This document shows, piece after piece, positions 9,572 to 21,757 of a stretch of DNA of 64,000 nucleotides (position 1 is the stretch's first letter; the number at the start of each line of letters is the position of its first letter). Origin of the DNA: Gekko japonicus. Taxonomy: Eukaryota. Position numbers and translations under genes: made by a program. The DNA lies in assembly GCF_001447785.1 (NCBI RefSeq), contig NW_015168048.1, forward strand, positions 1,289,610 to 1,353,609. The letters run 5' to 3'. A model generated the notes under the pieces. It made no database searches. It saw nothing but the letters and a program-made list of their open reading frames with translations, and was not told the DNA's origin.

Positions 9572-12500
9572 CCTCATGGATCACTGCCTTGTCGTGGCGA
9601 GGGGGCTTGCGTAGTTCAATGAAGCTGTGGGCTATGCCGTGAAGGGCCACCCAAGACGGACAGGCCACAGCAGAGAACTCAGACCAAGCGTGATCCACCT
9701 GGAGAAGGAAATGGCAACCCACTCCAGTATGTTTGCCAAGAAAACCCCATGGACAGTATCAAAAGGCTAAAAGATATGACGCCGGAAGATGAGCCCCTCA
9801 GGTCGGAAGGTGTCCAATATGCTACTGAGGAAGAGCAGAGGACAAGTACAAGTAACCCCAGAAAGAGTGAAGCGGCTGGGCCAAAGCCGAAAGGACCCTC
9901 AGTTGTGGATGTGTCTGATGGTGAAAGGAAAGTCCGATGCTGCAAAGAACAATACTGCATAGGAACCTGGAATGTAAGATCTATGAATCAAGGTAAGCTT
10001 GACGTGGTCAAAAATGAGATGGCAAGACTGAACATCGATATCCTAGGAATCAGTGAACTAAAGTGGACAGGAATGGGCGAATTTAACTCAGAAGACCATT
10101 ATATCTACTACTGTGGCCAGGAATCTCGTAGAAAAAATGGTGTGGCCTTTATAGTCAACAAGAGAGTGCAAAAGGCAGTACTGGGATACAATCTCAAAAA
10201 TGACAGAATGATTTCTGTCCGATTCCAAGGCAAACCATTCAACATCACAGTAATCCAAGTCTATGCCCCAACCACTGATGCAGAAGAGGCTGAAGTAGAC
10301 CGGTTCTATGAAGACCTACAACACCTCCTAGAACTAACACCAAAAAATGATGTCCTCATCATCATAGGGGACTGGAATGCTAAAGTAGGAAGTGAAAAGG
10401 TAACTGGAATAACAGACAAGTTTGGCCTTGGAAAGCAAAATGAAGCAGGGCAAAGGTTAACAGAGTTTTGTCAAGAGAACACACTGGTCATAGCGAACAC
10501 CCTTTTCCAACAACCTAAGAGGCGACTCTACACATGGACATCACCAGATGGGCAACACCGAAATCAGATTGACTATATAATTTGCAGTCAAAGATGGAGA
10601 AGCTCTATCCAGTCAGTAAAAACAAGACCTGGAGCTGACTGTGGTTCAGATCATGAGCTACTCATTGCAAAATTCAGACTTAAACTGAAGAAAATCGGGA
10701 AAACCATGAGGCCATTCAGGTTTGACCTAGATCACATCCCTGATGAATATACAGTAGAGGTGAAGAATAGATTCAAGGGTCTGGATTTGATAGATAGAGT
10801 GCCTGAAGAACTATGGACAGAGGTTCGTGACATCGTACAGGAGGCAGCAATCACCACCATACCAAAGAAAAAGAAATGCAAGAAAGCAAAATGGCTTTCT
10901 GATGAGGCTTTACAAATAGCAGAGGAAAGAAGGAAAGCGAAAGGCAAAGGCGAAAAGGAAAGATTTACCCAACTGAACGCAGATTTCCAGAGAACAGCAA
11001 GGAGAGATAAGGAGGCCTTCCTGAATGAACAGTGCAAAGTAATAGAAGAAAACAATAGAATGGGAAGGACTAGAGATCTCTTCAAGAAAATTGGAGAAAT
11101 CAAGGGAGCGTTCCATGCAAAGCTGGCCATGATAAAGGACAAAAACGGTAGGGACCTAACAGAAGCAGAAGAGATTAGGAAAAGATGGCAAGAATACACA
11201 GAAGAACTATACAAGAAAGACCTCAATGTCCTTGACAAACACGACGGTATAATCACTGACCTTGAGCCAGACATCCTGGAATGTGAAGTTAAATGGGCCT
11301 TAGAAAGCATTACTAACAACAAAGCTAGTGGAGGTGATGGTATTCCAGCTGAGCTATTCAAAGTCTTAGAAGATGATGCTGTTAAAGTTCTGCACTCCAT
11401 TTGCCAGCAAATTTGGAAAACGCAACAGTGGCCACAGGATTGGAAAAGATCAGTATACATTCCAATCCCAAAGAAGGGCAATGCCAAGGAATGTTCAAAC
11501 TATCGCACAATTGCACTCATATCACACGCTAGCAAGGTCATGCTCAAGATCCTACAAGCTAGGCTTCAACAGTACGTGGATAGAGAACTACCAGAAGTAC
11601 AAGCTGGGTTTCGAAGAGGTAGAGGAACTAGAGATCAAATTGCCAACATTCGCTGGATTATGGAGAAAGCAAGAGAGTACCAGAAAAATATCTACTTCTG
11701 CTTCATTGACTATGCTAAAGCTTTTGACTGTGTGGATCACAACAAACTATGGCAGGTCCTTAAAGAGATGGGAGTACCAGACCACCTCACATGTCTCTTG
11801 AGAAACCTGTATAAGGGCCAAGAAGCGACAGTTAGAACCGGATACGGAACAACTGATTGGTTCAGCATAGGAAAAGGAGTACGACAAGGATGTATACTGT
11901 CACCTTGCTTATTTAATATATATGCAGAGTACATCATGCGAAATGCTGGCCTGGATGAATCACAAGCGGGAATTAAGATTGCTGGGGAAAAGATCAACAA
12001 CCTCAGATATGCAGATGATACCACTCTAATGGCTGAAAGTGAAAAGGATCTAAAGAGCCTCTTGCTCAGAGTAAAAGAGGAGAGCGCAAAAGTGGGCTTG
12101 AAGCTCAACATCAAAAAAACTAAGATCATGGCATCCGGCCCCATCACTCCTTGGCAAATAGAAGGGGAAGTCGTGGAAGTAGTGACAGACTTCACGTTCC
12201 TGGGATCCCAGATCACCGCAGACTGTGACTGCAGCCATGAAATTAAAAGACGCCTGCTCCTTGGGAGGAAAGCGATGGCGAACCTAAACAGCATGATAAA
12301 AAGTAGAGACATCACCCTGCCAACAAAAGTCCGCATGGTCAAAGCAATGGTATTCCCAGTAGTCATGTATGGCTGCGAGAGCTGGACTATAAGGAAGGCC
12401 GAGCGCCGAAGAATAGATTCTTTTGAACTATGGTGCTGGAGAAGACTCTTGAGAGTCCCTTGGACTGCAAGAAGAACAAATCAGTCAATCCTCAAAGAAA

Positions 12501-12792
12501 TCAACCCTGACTGTTCCCTGGAAGGCCAGATAATGAAACTGAAGCTCAAATACTTTGGCCACCAAATGAGAAGGGAGCACTCACTGGAGAAGACTCTTAT
12601 GCTGGGAAAGATTGAAGGTCAAGGAAGACGGGGACGGCAAAGGATGAGATGGTTGGACAGTATCATCGAGGCAACGAACATGAAACTGAGCAAGCTTCAG
12701 AGGACGGCGGAGGACAGGAGGGCCTGGCGGGATCTAGTCCATGGGGTCGCGAAGAGTCGGACTCGACTGTGCGACTGAACAACAACAACAAC
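9572..12792 (+). mobile_element. Full-length BovB (RTE clade) LINE
   Basis: BovB-type 5' UTR (CATGGATCACTGCCTTGTCGTGG), single intact ORF, (AAC)n 3' tail, perfect 14-bp TSD ATCACATCCTTCCC at 9558-9571 and 12793-12806. Confidence 0.98.
9749..12778 (+). CDS. BovB ORF: APE endonuclease + reverse transcriptase (1009 aa, uninterrupted)
   Basis: EN motifs GTWNVRS, ILGISE, GDWNAK, QIDYI, SDH. RT motifs QAGFR, FIDYAKAFD, GVRQGCILSP, YADD, FLGS. Confidence 0.98.
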   Translation: MDSIKRLKDMTPEDEPLRSEGVQYATEEEQRTSTSNPRKSEAAGPKPKGPSVVDVSDGERKVRCCKEQYCIGTWNVRSMNQGKLDVVKNEMARLNIDILGISELKWTGMGEFNSEDHYIYYCGQESRRKNGVAFIVNKRVQKAVLGYNLKNDRMISVRFQGKPFNITVIQVYAPTTDAEEAEVDRFYEDLQHLLELTPKNDVLIIIGDWNAKVGSEKVTGITDKFGLGKQNEAGQRLTEFCQENTLVIANTLFQQPKRRLYTWTSPDGQHRNQIDYIICSQRWRSSIQSVKTRPGADCGSDHELLIAKFRLKLKKIGKTMRPFRFDLDHIPDEYTVEVKNRFKGLDLIDRVPEELWTEVRDIVQEAAITTIPKKKKCKKAKWLSDEALQIAEERRKAKGKGEKERFTQLNADFQRTARRDKEAFLNEQCKVIEENNRMGRTRDLFKKIGEIKGAFHAKLAMIKDKNGRDLTEAEEIRKRWQEYTEELYKKDLNVLDKHDGIITDLEPDILECEVKWALESITNNKASGGDGIPAELFKVLEDDAVKVLHSICQQIWKTQQWPQDWKRSVYIPIPKKGNAKECSNYRTIALISHASKVMLKILQARLQQYVDRELPEVQAGFRRGRGTRDQIANIRWIMEKAREYQKNIYFCFIDYAKAFDCVDHNKLWQVLKEMGVPDHLTCLLRNLYKGQEATVRTGYGTTDWFSIGKGVRQGCILSPCLFNIYAEYIMRNAGLDESQAGIKIAGEKINNLRYADDTTLMAESEKDLKSLLLRVKEESAKVGLKLNIKKTKIMASGPITPWQIEGEVVEVVTDFTFLGSQITADCDCSHEIKRRLLLGRKAMANLNSMIKSRDITLPTKVRMVKAMVFPVVMYGCESWTIRKAERRRIDSFELWCWRRLLRVPWTARRTNQSILKEINPDCSLEGQIMKLKLKYFGHQMRREHSLEKTLMLGKIEGQGRRGRQRMRWLDSIIEATNMKLSKLQRTAEDRRAWRDLVHGVAKSRTRLCD

Positions 12793-13275
12793 ATCACATC
12801 CTTCCCACAAAGCAGGCTCCGGGTGGATTCCATCAGGCACAGTAACCAATATACAATATACAAAGAATTAAAAACAATTACAAACCCCAATAAAATACAC
12901 ATTCTTAAGGTACAAATTATGATCAAAGCCTCATAGATGCAGTCTATTTTGAGTTTGGGTACTTAGATGATAATGCAGATCTGACCCGCTGAGGGGAGGC
13001 CCAATAGAGAGGGGGGATGCCTGCTGCCCTAACTAAAAGCCTGGCGGAAGAGCTTCATCTTGCAGGCCTGCAGAACTGTAAAAGGTCCTGCAGGGCCCTG
13101 ATCTCATATGGGGGCTCATTCCACCAGATTGGGGGCCAGGGTTAATAAAGGCCTGGCCCTAGTCGAGGCAAGACAGATGTTCATGGGGCTGGGTACCACC
13201 AGACGATGTTGGTTGGCAGATTGTAAAGCCCTTCAGGGCTCATAGAGGGAGACGCGGTCTCGTGGATATGCAGAC
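12793..13275 (-). mobile_element. LINE 3' fragment (L2-like) that hosts the BovB insertion; its tail continues at about 9530-9571
   Basis: T-rich tail ttttattggatttgtatcacatccttccc continues across the BovB TSD into acaaagcaggctc. Downstream aaaagcctggcggaagag..ttccaccag is typical of reptile L2 3' ends. Confidence 0.6.
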
Positions 13276-13863
13276 TCTTCTGAAGAGTTCTTGGTCTCTT
13301 CAGGGTTAACTGTGCCCAGCTGACCCACGGCAATATGGCTGCACGTCTGCTTTATTAGACAGGACTGATTGTAACATCTACCTGTTCTCACCACCACCTT
13401 AACTGTGGCACCCATTCTTAAACCTGAAACTAAACCCTCTCTCCTCAGCACAACAAGAAGCTCATCAGGAGACCAATTGTGTCAATGAAGACCAGAAAGT
13501 GGCTACACTGGTATCAGCTCCACCTCCAAGTACTTAATAAAGGTTCACAAAATCCTACCTAGGGTTAGTTCACATCGATTCAAGCACAAGACAGAGAACA
13601 ATATAAAGGACATCTGTAGTGTCAAGTTGTGGGGCAAGACAAACCACTGTATTGCCCCCTTTCAGTCATTGCCACCACTTCTGGTAAAATCCACCCCCCA
13701 CCACCACCTGATTCTCCAAAGTCAACCTCTCAGAGGTATTGCTCAGTAACATGCCAAGGAGTCAGGCATGTGGGTAAGCACTTCTATAGATTCTCTCAGG
13801 TTAAACAAAACTTTATTTCTACAAGACATAAACTCTGGGTATTGCAGAGGATAGGAGCTAGGC

Positions 13864-14349
13864 TAGGGATGGGCACAAACCACATTTTTGTTGTTCGTTT
13901 CAGTTCATGATCTGTGAACCCTGCTTTCTGTTCCCTGCCATTTTGAGAATTGAGCAGAAAGCATGGGGTTAAATGGTTCAGAGCCATTTAAACCCCTGCT
14001 TTTTCCTCCCCGCTGCTTTTTGCAGGGAGCAGAAAGCAGGGGTTCTTCCCGCAAACAGCAGAGAGGAGCAGAAAGCAGGGAATTAAATGGCTCAGAGCCA
14101 TTTAATCCCCTGCTTTCTGCTCCTCGCCACTCAGCAGGTTTTTTTTGTGAAGTGCAAAAAGAGCCATCGTGAACAGCTCAGAGCCATTTAAACCCCTGCT
14201 TTTTGCTCTTCACGAACTGCCACAAACTGCCTTAAAATTCATGGAGGTTCATGGCAGCTCTTCAGTTTGCGAACTTCTGTTTGTGAACCATGAACCATCC
14301 AAAATTTGTCACAAGCTTACATTTGTGAGCCAGTTTGTGCCCATCCCTA
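13864..14349. mobile_element. hAT-type MITE nested in an LTR-like repeat (about 13625-14830)
   Basis: 17-bp TIR TAGGGATGGGCACAAAC / GTTTGTGCCCATCCCTA. 8-bp TSD AGCTAGGC / ACCTAGGC. Internal repeated motif tcagagccatttaa. Confidence 0.85.
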
Positions 14350-16654
14350 ACCTAGGCACATGAAGGAAAATAAACAAAAGACAGGTGCTAACTATAGTAT
14401 TTATAATCCATGTTGCATCTGATCTGGGTAGCTGCAGGATGTCCCAGCCCAGGTACATCTGCAACTCTCTTTAGCATCATTCCCCTTTAGCATCAAAATA
14501 CTTACTCCAAGGAGTTCCCAAGGAGTCCCCCAAGAGCTCAAACAAAGAAGGAGCCCCTTAAATAAAGGTACAGGTTGCCTTTTTAGACCTCACCCCATGT
14601 GTGCTCTTGAGTCTTCAGCTGAACTGGGTGCTGAGCCTCGGGCTCTAGCCTGCCAAACCTGCACCTGCTAATCAAGAAGTATTAACACATCAAAGGGCTG
14701 GCATATCATCCCTCCCAGCTGGAAAGGATGCAAAGAGCATATTTCTCACTTCTTTCCTAGCCATGAAGACACGTGGACTGTTTTCTATTACCATAACTAT
14801 TACGGCATCTCCTGCCGTTATCTCACAACACCGTTAGTAGACACCAGTAGGTAAATTTATTTTATTCTCATTGGCAGTGAAGATGGTTGCAAGAGACAGT
14901 GGGGAGTCTGATGTTACAATGTTTGCACACCCAACCTCATTGTGTGGTTATTTGCGGACAGAAATGATGATGGGAACCTGGGGGATAAGTTAATGTGGCA
15001 GAATGTCAGAAGCCAGAACAGCCAGATTTCAGAGGCCATCCAAAGCCATGCTCTTTGTTTCCTTTCCAACAAATGAACAAACCAGAATACTGTGAAAATT
15101 TGTCAGATGGGGCTGATCTAGCCAGGGTTCAAATGGATGGCCATTCTCCTCTTTCCATGGCAATAATCAAACAGTGGCCTCATTGTTGCCCCATCTGACT
15201 TGTTTTAATCTGAAATTTTTACTTAAGCAGGTATCTTAACTTAAGTGCACTTCTCTGCTTACAGTTGTGTAGGTAAAGTTGTGGTGGAGGGGATGGATGT
15301 GGTTGTTGACGTAGCTAGTTTTTGATCCCATCCAAATCTATTATTCTATGAAGGGAAAGAAGACGTGGGTTAGCAGAGGCCATGAAATTCAATGGAATTT
15401 AACAGGCTAAGAATAAGAAACGTGTAAATACAGCTCTGTTAATTCTCTGCTTGTTAAACTCCAGTGAAGAACATGGTCCTGCCAAGTCAACAAACAGAAA
15501 GTGGTATAAACAAAATAAGCAGATTGTGGCAATGGAATGTTTCCTAGCTGTAAACAAAAGGTGGAAATTACTGACTGCAATTAGTTAAAGTGTTGTCTTA
15601 AACTATGATGCAACCAGGATATTGCTTTCTAGTCAAAATAAGTAATTTGTGGATCATTTTTTTCAAAGAAATGTGGAAAAAGCCAATCATATTTTTTGTG
15701 GGCACAGACCATCTGCCTACTGAGTACAAGAAAGCATGATCATCCTCCTCCCGCTGTAGTATATGAAGTATGTTTATAATAGTCTGGGGGTGGGTAGGAA
15801 TAACACATTGAACTGCAGATCTACCTGAGTAATCAGCTTTATAAAAACATACCCTAAAAATTCAATCCCTATGCAAGGAGGATGCATCTATCAGTGTCTA
15901 CAATGTTGTACCAGTGGGGGAAGGAAACAGCTACCTTTGTTATTTTGTAAAATTGTAAACTCAGGAAACATTTTGGGCTGCCAAGTAATCAAGTGTTTCA
16001 ATCTTCAGTCATTGTCTTTGTGTAGTCAGAAGTATAAAGGAAATCCTAGTATTTCTTACCATTTGGACTAAGCCCATTTTCCTCTTGCCCCTAGTGTCTG
16101 AAGCCCTCTACTTCCAAATACCAAATATGAACACAGAAAGTGATCTCTGAAGCTCAATATCCTTCCTCTTAATTGTGGCCAGTTCTGGAGCTGGAGTAAA
16201 CCTTCAATAATATAAAGTACACAATGAGTGTGCTCCATTTCTCAATAGCAATTCACAGTTTCCAATATGGTTTTAAAACATAGATTAGAAGTGGGTCACC
16301 TTGTATGTAATTTTACAACTTGACTCAGATTCTTTAAAATTCTAATTAAAACGAGTAGTATTAGGAAATCAGTTCATCTGTTGTTTCCATTGGTTTCAGG
16401 AGGTACTGCACCTCCCATGGGTTGAAAGCCTTAGAGACTGTAATCCTCACCCAAGGGATCCTCCCTTCCAAATTTCAGACAAATAGGAGAAAGCATCCCT
16501 GTTCTGATATAGCAATTAAAATTCTGACTTGCAGAACAAACACAGGCAAGTGTGAATTCCCTCTTGTCTTGGAAGCCTCAATCGATACATGTACATGTGG
16601 GGAAGTGTCTGTTTATTTTAAATGGAACATGTGGGTGATGGGTACAATATCGGA

Positions 16655-17062
16655 TAATGTCTGAGAATTATTATGGTTGGAGCACCTTCCTTATGACGAA
16701 AGGTTGAGGAGTCTGGGACTTTTCAGTTTAGAAAAGAGATGACTAAGCGGGGGGGGGATACAGGTTCATAAAGTTATGCACAGGGTGAAGAGGATTGATA
16801 CAGATAATCCCCCCCCCCCAAATACTAGAACTTGAGGGCATACAGTGAAGCTGATGGGCAGTAGATTCAGGATGGACAAAAGGAAATACTGCTTTACACA
16901 GAAAGTGATTAAAATGCAGAATTCACTGCCAGAGCATGTACTGATGGTCACAGGAATACACAACTTTAAAAGGGGATTAGACAGATTCATAGAGGATAGG
17001 TCTATCAGGGGCTACAAGCCACAGTGATGAAAGAGAACCTCCATATTTAGATGCAGTAAATC
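16655..17062 (+). mobile_element. CR1 LINE 3' fragment
   Basis: LEHLPYDERLRSLGLFSLEKR and KLMGSRFRMDKRKYCFTQKV are characteristic of the CR1 ORF2 C-terminus. Confidence 0.9.
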
Positions 17063-18142
17063 TAGGTTCGTAGCCACCACGGATCCCATGGGGCCCACCC
17101 CCTGTGGTTTTTACAGGCCCTTTCCCTGATCCTCAGTTCCCCCTCCCTTCCCCCAGCCTCCTCACACCCCTCCCCTGATCGATCACCATGTCAGCACTCT
17201 GCTGGCTGGGTCAGGAGAGGAGCAGCAGGACTTGGGGACAAATACAGAAAGAGGAGTGGAGCCTGAGTCGAACTCCCCGCCCCGACCTCAGACCATTGGC
17301 TGCCTTACCCTCGCCTCTCATTGGGCATTTGGAACAGTGGGTGGGCTCTAAGTAAAGAGCCTGCCAAATACAAGTTGAGCCATGCTGTGACTTCCTCTGA
17401 GCAAACTGCAGCAGCAGAGCACAGCTCCGGGCTGTAGCTCCTCCTCCTCCATTGGATGGTCAGACCCTGGCAGCTCAGCCTGGCTTCTGTCCACCTTCAG
17501 CAGCTCAGCTCAGCAGTCTCAGATGAGTCTTGTTGTGCACCGCCCACTCGTTCCTCTGCTCTGGTCGTAGTCAAGCTGAAGCAGCTGCTGAGCCTGGTCA
17601 TCTTCCGTGGGGCTGGCTGGCTGGGGTTTGTTGATTACCCCCACATTTTTGTGCTGTCATATTTCCAGCATCCATTTCTCCCTCCACCAGTGTGCAGCCT
17701 GCAGGACTTCGAGTCCAGGCAGAGACCAGAGGGGCTCATGTGGGGGTGGCAGGGGGTGTGGGTCCCCTCCTCCAGTGTAGTCTCATGTAAAATACAGCAT
17801 GGGCCTGTGGGCATCTTTGGAATTCTGATGGGGGGTGCAACAAAATTGCTTCCGTGGGATATGAAGCCAACCACAGAATGGAGCTGTGGGTGGTGGAGGC
17901 AGAGGAGAAGTCCAAGTGCATGGGGGAAGAGGGGTAATTTTTAAAAAGACCCTGGGAAAGAGATGAGTCCTGGTGGATGCTGCCTGCCCTAAGCTAAGCC
18001 CTAACCAGTACCTTGGTTTCTGTGAGGATGGAGGTGGATTGGAGGGGATATTTCCGCTGAATCTGCCTCCCTTCCTCTTGTTTCCAGCATGGCATGCTCT
18101 GGGGCTTGGCGTGGCCCTTGTTTCAGTTCTGGGCTTCTCTAG

Positions 18143-18471
18143 TTGGACTGCAAGGAGATCAAATCAGTCAATCCTAAAAGAAATCAACCCTGACTGTTCT
18201 CTGGAAGGCCAGATACGGAAGCTGAAGCTCAAATACTTTGGCCACCAAATGAGAAAGGAGCACTCACTGGAGAAGACCCTGATGCTGGGAAAGACTGAAG
18301 GTCAAAGAAGAAGTGGATGGCAAAGAATGAGATGGTTAGACAGTATTATCGATGCAACAAACATGAAATTAAGCAAACTCCAGAGCACGATGGAAGATAG
18401 GAGGGCCTGGCATGATGTGGTCCATAGGGTTGCAAAGAGTGGGACTAGACTGTGTGACCGAACAACAACAA
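18143..18471 (+). mobile_element. 5'-truncated BovB (3' end with AAC tail), followed by CR1 3'-UTR-like sequence to about 18612
   Basis: WTARRSNQSILKEINPDCSLEG...KSGTRLCD matches the C-terminus of the intact copy. Confidence 0.95.
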
Positions 18472-18874
18472 ATAGATGGAACACTATGTTTGGGGCAGTG
18501 ATGCTCTGTATTCTTGGTGCTTGGGGGGCAACAGTATGAGGGCTTCCAGAGTTCTGGCCCCACTAGTGGCCCTACTGATGGCACCTGGGTTTTGGCCACT
18601 GTTTGAAACAGTTGTGGATTTTTTCAGGTCCAATAGACCTGAGAAGAAAAAAACTGAGGGGGAATAAACGACAGCAGCAAAGCTGAAAAAAACAACTTAG
18701 AGGCAGGAACAGGGCTGTGCAAGAAAGCCCTGTTCAAAGGGACTGCAGAAGAAAGCCCAAAAAACAGCCGAGAGGTAAAAGCAGATTGCCCTTTGAATGG
18801 AACTGTGCAAGACTACCCAAAGCTAGGTCAGTAGAGAGACTGCTCCTTACTGGCTCAGCAGTTTGAACTCTCTT

Positions 18875-19200
18875 GTAAAAGTAAAGGTTCCCTTGCTCGA
18901 AAGCCAGTCGAGTCCGACTCTAGGGTTGCGGTGCTCATCTCTGTTTCAAAGCCGAAGAACCAGCGCTGTCCGAAGAGGTTTCCGTGGTCATGTGGCCGGC
19001 ATGACTAAACACCAAGGCTCACGGAACGCTGTTACCTTCCCACCGAAGGGGTACCTATTTATCTACTTGCAATTTCTTGCTTTCGAACGGCTAGGTTTGC
19101 AGGAGCTGGAACTAGAGACGGGAGCTCACTCCGTCATGAACTGCTGAACTACTGACCTTCCACAGCCTGCAGTTCAGTGTCTTAACCACTTGAGCAAACG
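18875..19200 (-). mobile_element. Sauria SINE (Squam1-like)
   Basis: gtaaaagtaaaggt tail, cagtcgagtccgactct (BovB-like 3' end), ggtcatgtggccggcatgact core. Same family as 24949-25232. Confidence 0.85.
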
Positions 19201-21004
19201 GGACTGCACAAGAAAGCCCAAAGCTGGGCCGATGGGGAGACTGCTCTCTCGCTTCAGGCTCTCTTGTTCAGTCTCATTTACATTTACAGGGGCTGCACAA
19301 GAGAACCTAGAACAGCTGAGCCAGTGGGGAGCAGTCTCTCTGCTGGCTCAGCTGTTTTGGGGGCTGTCTTTTGCAGCACCTTTAAATGATTCCTGTCTAA
19401 AGGGACTGCAGAAGAAAGCCCCAAAAAGAGCTGAGAGAGAGCAATCTGCTCCTGCCCCTTAGCTGTTTTGGGGGCTTTGCCAATCTTCCCAAATACATCC
19501 GGTATTTTTGTTGTGATTTTTTTTGGTTTTTCAGAAATTCCCAGATACCATTTGGATGCTGAAATATACCAGAAAAATACTGATAAGTTATTTTTGAGTA
19601 TATTTTTGCCTTGGGTAGATCCAAATGAACAGCCTTAGTCATATCCAGTTTTTAATCTGATGTTCAAAACAGGATGTAAAACATATACTGCAGACTTTCC
19701 CCCCCCCCCATTTTCACACCTCAGAAGTGCTGCTTCCAATCCTAATTTATTGTTGATATGTTCTTCCCCTTTGGTCAAGATTTGTGGCCACACTCAGTGT
19801 AGCATCCTCTGGGGTCTGGTGTGTAGTATAAACTTACCTATCTAGTTAGCACACAGGAGACTTTGGCAGCTTCAGCAACAGGCTTATTTAGTGCCACACA
19901 CACAGTCAGAATTGCCGCCTACACACAGAGAACTAGAACTAAGTGATGCCCCTCCCATACAGATCTTGATGGGGGAAACTAGTTTATGAGGGCTCACCTA
20001 AAGGCCTACACATATATAGACAAAACACACATATACATCATATCCCCTTTCCTCAAGCTAATACTATCTTATCAATCAACTGTCAAATTATTAAAACCAT
20101 GAAGTCCAGGGCTGGGGCCCTATCAATGAAACATAATTTGGGATCTGCCCTGTAAGCTCAGATGGCTTCTTCCTGTAGTATTTATAAAGTTCTCATTGCC
20201 CTTTCTGCTTGATTTCCTTAGTAGAAGAGATTTGGGGGAAGTGTAGAGGAATGAGTTAAATTGTGAAGTGACACGAGGCGAATGAATATTTTCATCATCC
20301 TCTCCTGTAAGGTATGCCAAATAAACAGCCTTACTCTGATCCGATAAAGGGCAGGTGGAGAGGTTTGTGTGCAGAGCCCTTTTTAAAATAAATAAATGCA
20401 ATTTTGCTGATTAGATGTTTGGTGTAGAAAGAGACCGAAACCAGGGTCCTGCCCCCTACTTCCTGAACAAGTGGTTGCTGGATCAGAGAGGTGGACTGCA
20501 TGCACAGCATCTAAATAAGTGCTGTGTTTCCCAGGTAGGCAAAGAATTCACAGGTGGAAGCCAGTTTCTGCATGCTGGATTGGGGTGTTTAGTGAGCACT
20601 GAAATCCACAAAAATGGGCAGGGAAAATAGTAGATCAAGGTAATATGTTGCTGCCAAATCTCCCCCCCCTCCTTTTCATAGAGTAATCAAACATTTTCTG
20701 ACTCTTTCAAACAGTACTGTTTAGGCACTTCTGATACTTGCATCCTTTGACTTGCATAGGGGTTTTTTTGGGGGTAAAGTTTGTACTTAAACTAATTTTT
20801 GAAAATGGTAGTGATAAAACAATGTATTCAATTGAAAGCTGCTCTCTGTTCAAAGGTCTGACTGGAAATCAGTTCATGAAAATAACATAGGAAACAATAC
20901 AGAACAGGAATGCAGGAAAGTTTGCTCCAAAGTGCAAACTGGAAGCCTCATAGCCCATTAGAATTTTTTCATAAAGTTTAGAAGTAAAATACAGTGGTTT
21001 GCTA

Positions 21005-21360
21005 TCTCTCTCTATAATAATTCTGTTTTGGTCGTGGACTCTCCTGAACATTCCACATGCTCCCAAATCAGTTGGGTCCCTGATCTGTCACTCAGAAGCT
21101 GTCCCTGTCCACTGGCTGTGTTGCCTGAGTCTCGCCTCCAATATTCTAAACAGTTTGCTGTTCCTCTCCTCCCATTAGCTAATCAGAACACAGAGGTCAT
21201 TTGCATATGCGGCCTGATTGGCCTTTGCCTCTAACATTCTAAACAGTTTGTTGTTGTGAGTCATTGAATGTGTCCTGAGGTAAAATACATATCCCAATTT
21301 CCCCTTAAATGGTCACTGGAGTTGCCAAAATACATATCCCGATCTTCCCTTAAATGGTCA
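21005..21360 (+). mobile_element. Non-autonomous Helitron, 5' portion
   Basis: A|TC start (atctctctctataataattc). Homologous in inverted orientation to 28160-28464. Confidence 0.6.
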
Positions 21361-21364
21361 CTGG

Positions 21365-21757
21365 AGTTGCCAATCTCCGTGTGCAGCCTGAAGATCTCCC
21401 AGAAATCACAGTGTTCCCCAGCCACAGCACATCATTTCCCAGCTATTACAATGGCTGCTTTGGGCAGTGGACTCTATGGCATTATACCCAGCTGAGGTCC
21501 CTCTGCATCCCAAACCCTGCCCTCCCCAGGCTCAACCCCTCAAATTTACATATCTGGCCATCCCCTTAGTATTGCCAGCCTCCAGGCAGCACCTGGAGAT
21601 CTCCAAGATCAGTTCTCCTGGAGGAAATGGCTGCTTTGGGCAATGGACTCTATGGAATTATACCATGCTGAGGTCCCTCCGCACCCCAAACCCTGCCCTC
21701 CCCAGGCTCTACCCCTCAAATCTAGAGGTATTTCCCAACCCAGAGTTGGCAACCCTG
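21365..21757. mobile_element. Two adjacent copies of the abundant GGTTGCCA...TGGCAACC MITE family
   Basis: Shared core cagttctcctggaggaaatggctgctttgg...ggcattatacc...gaggtccctc. Related copies near 25770, 27540-28080, 31970, 35935, 38083, 49940, 50226 and 53801. Confidence 0.7.

Noticed and set aside
10732-12366. Long antisense ORFs (251 and 209 aa)
   Set aside because: Antisense shadows of the intact BovB ORF.
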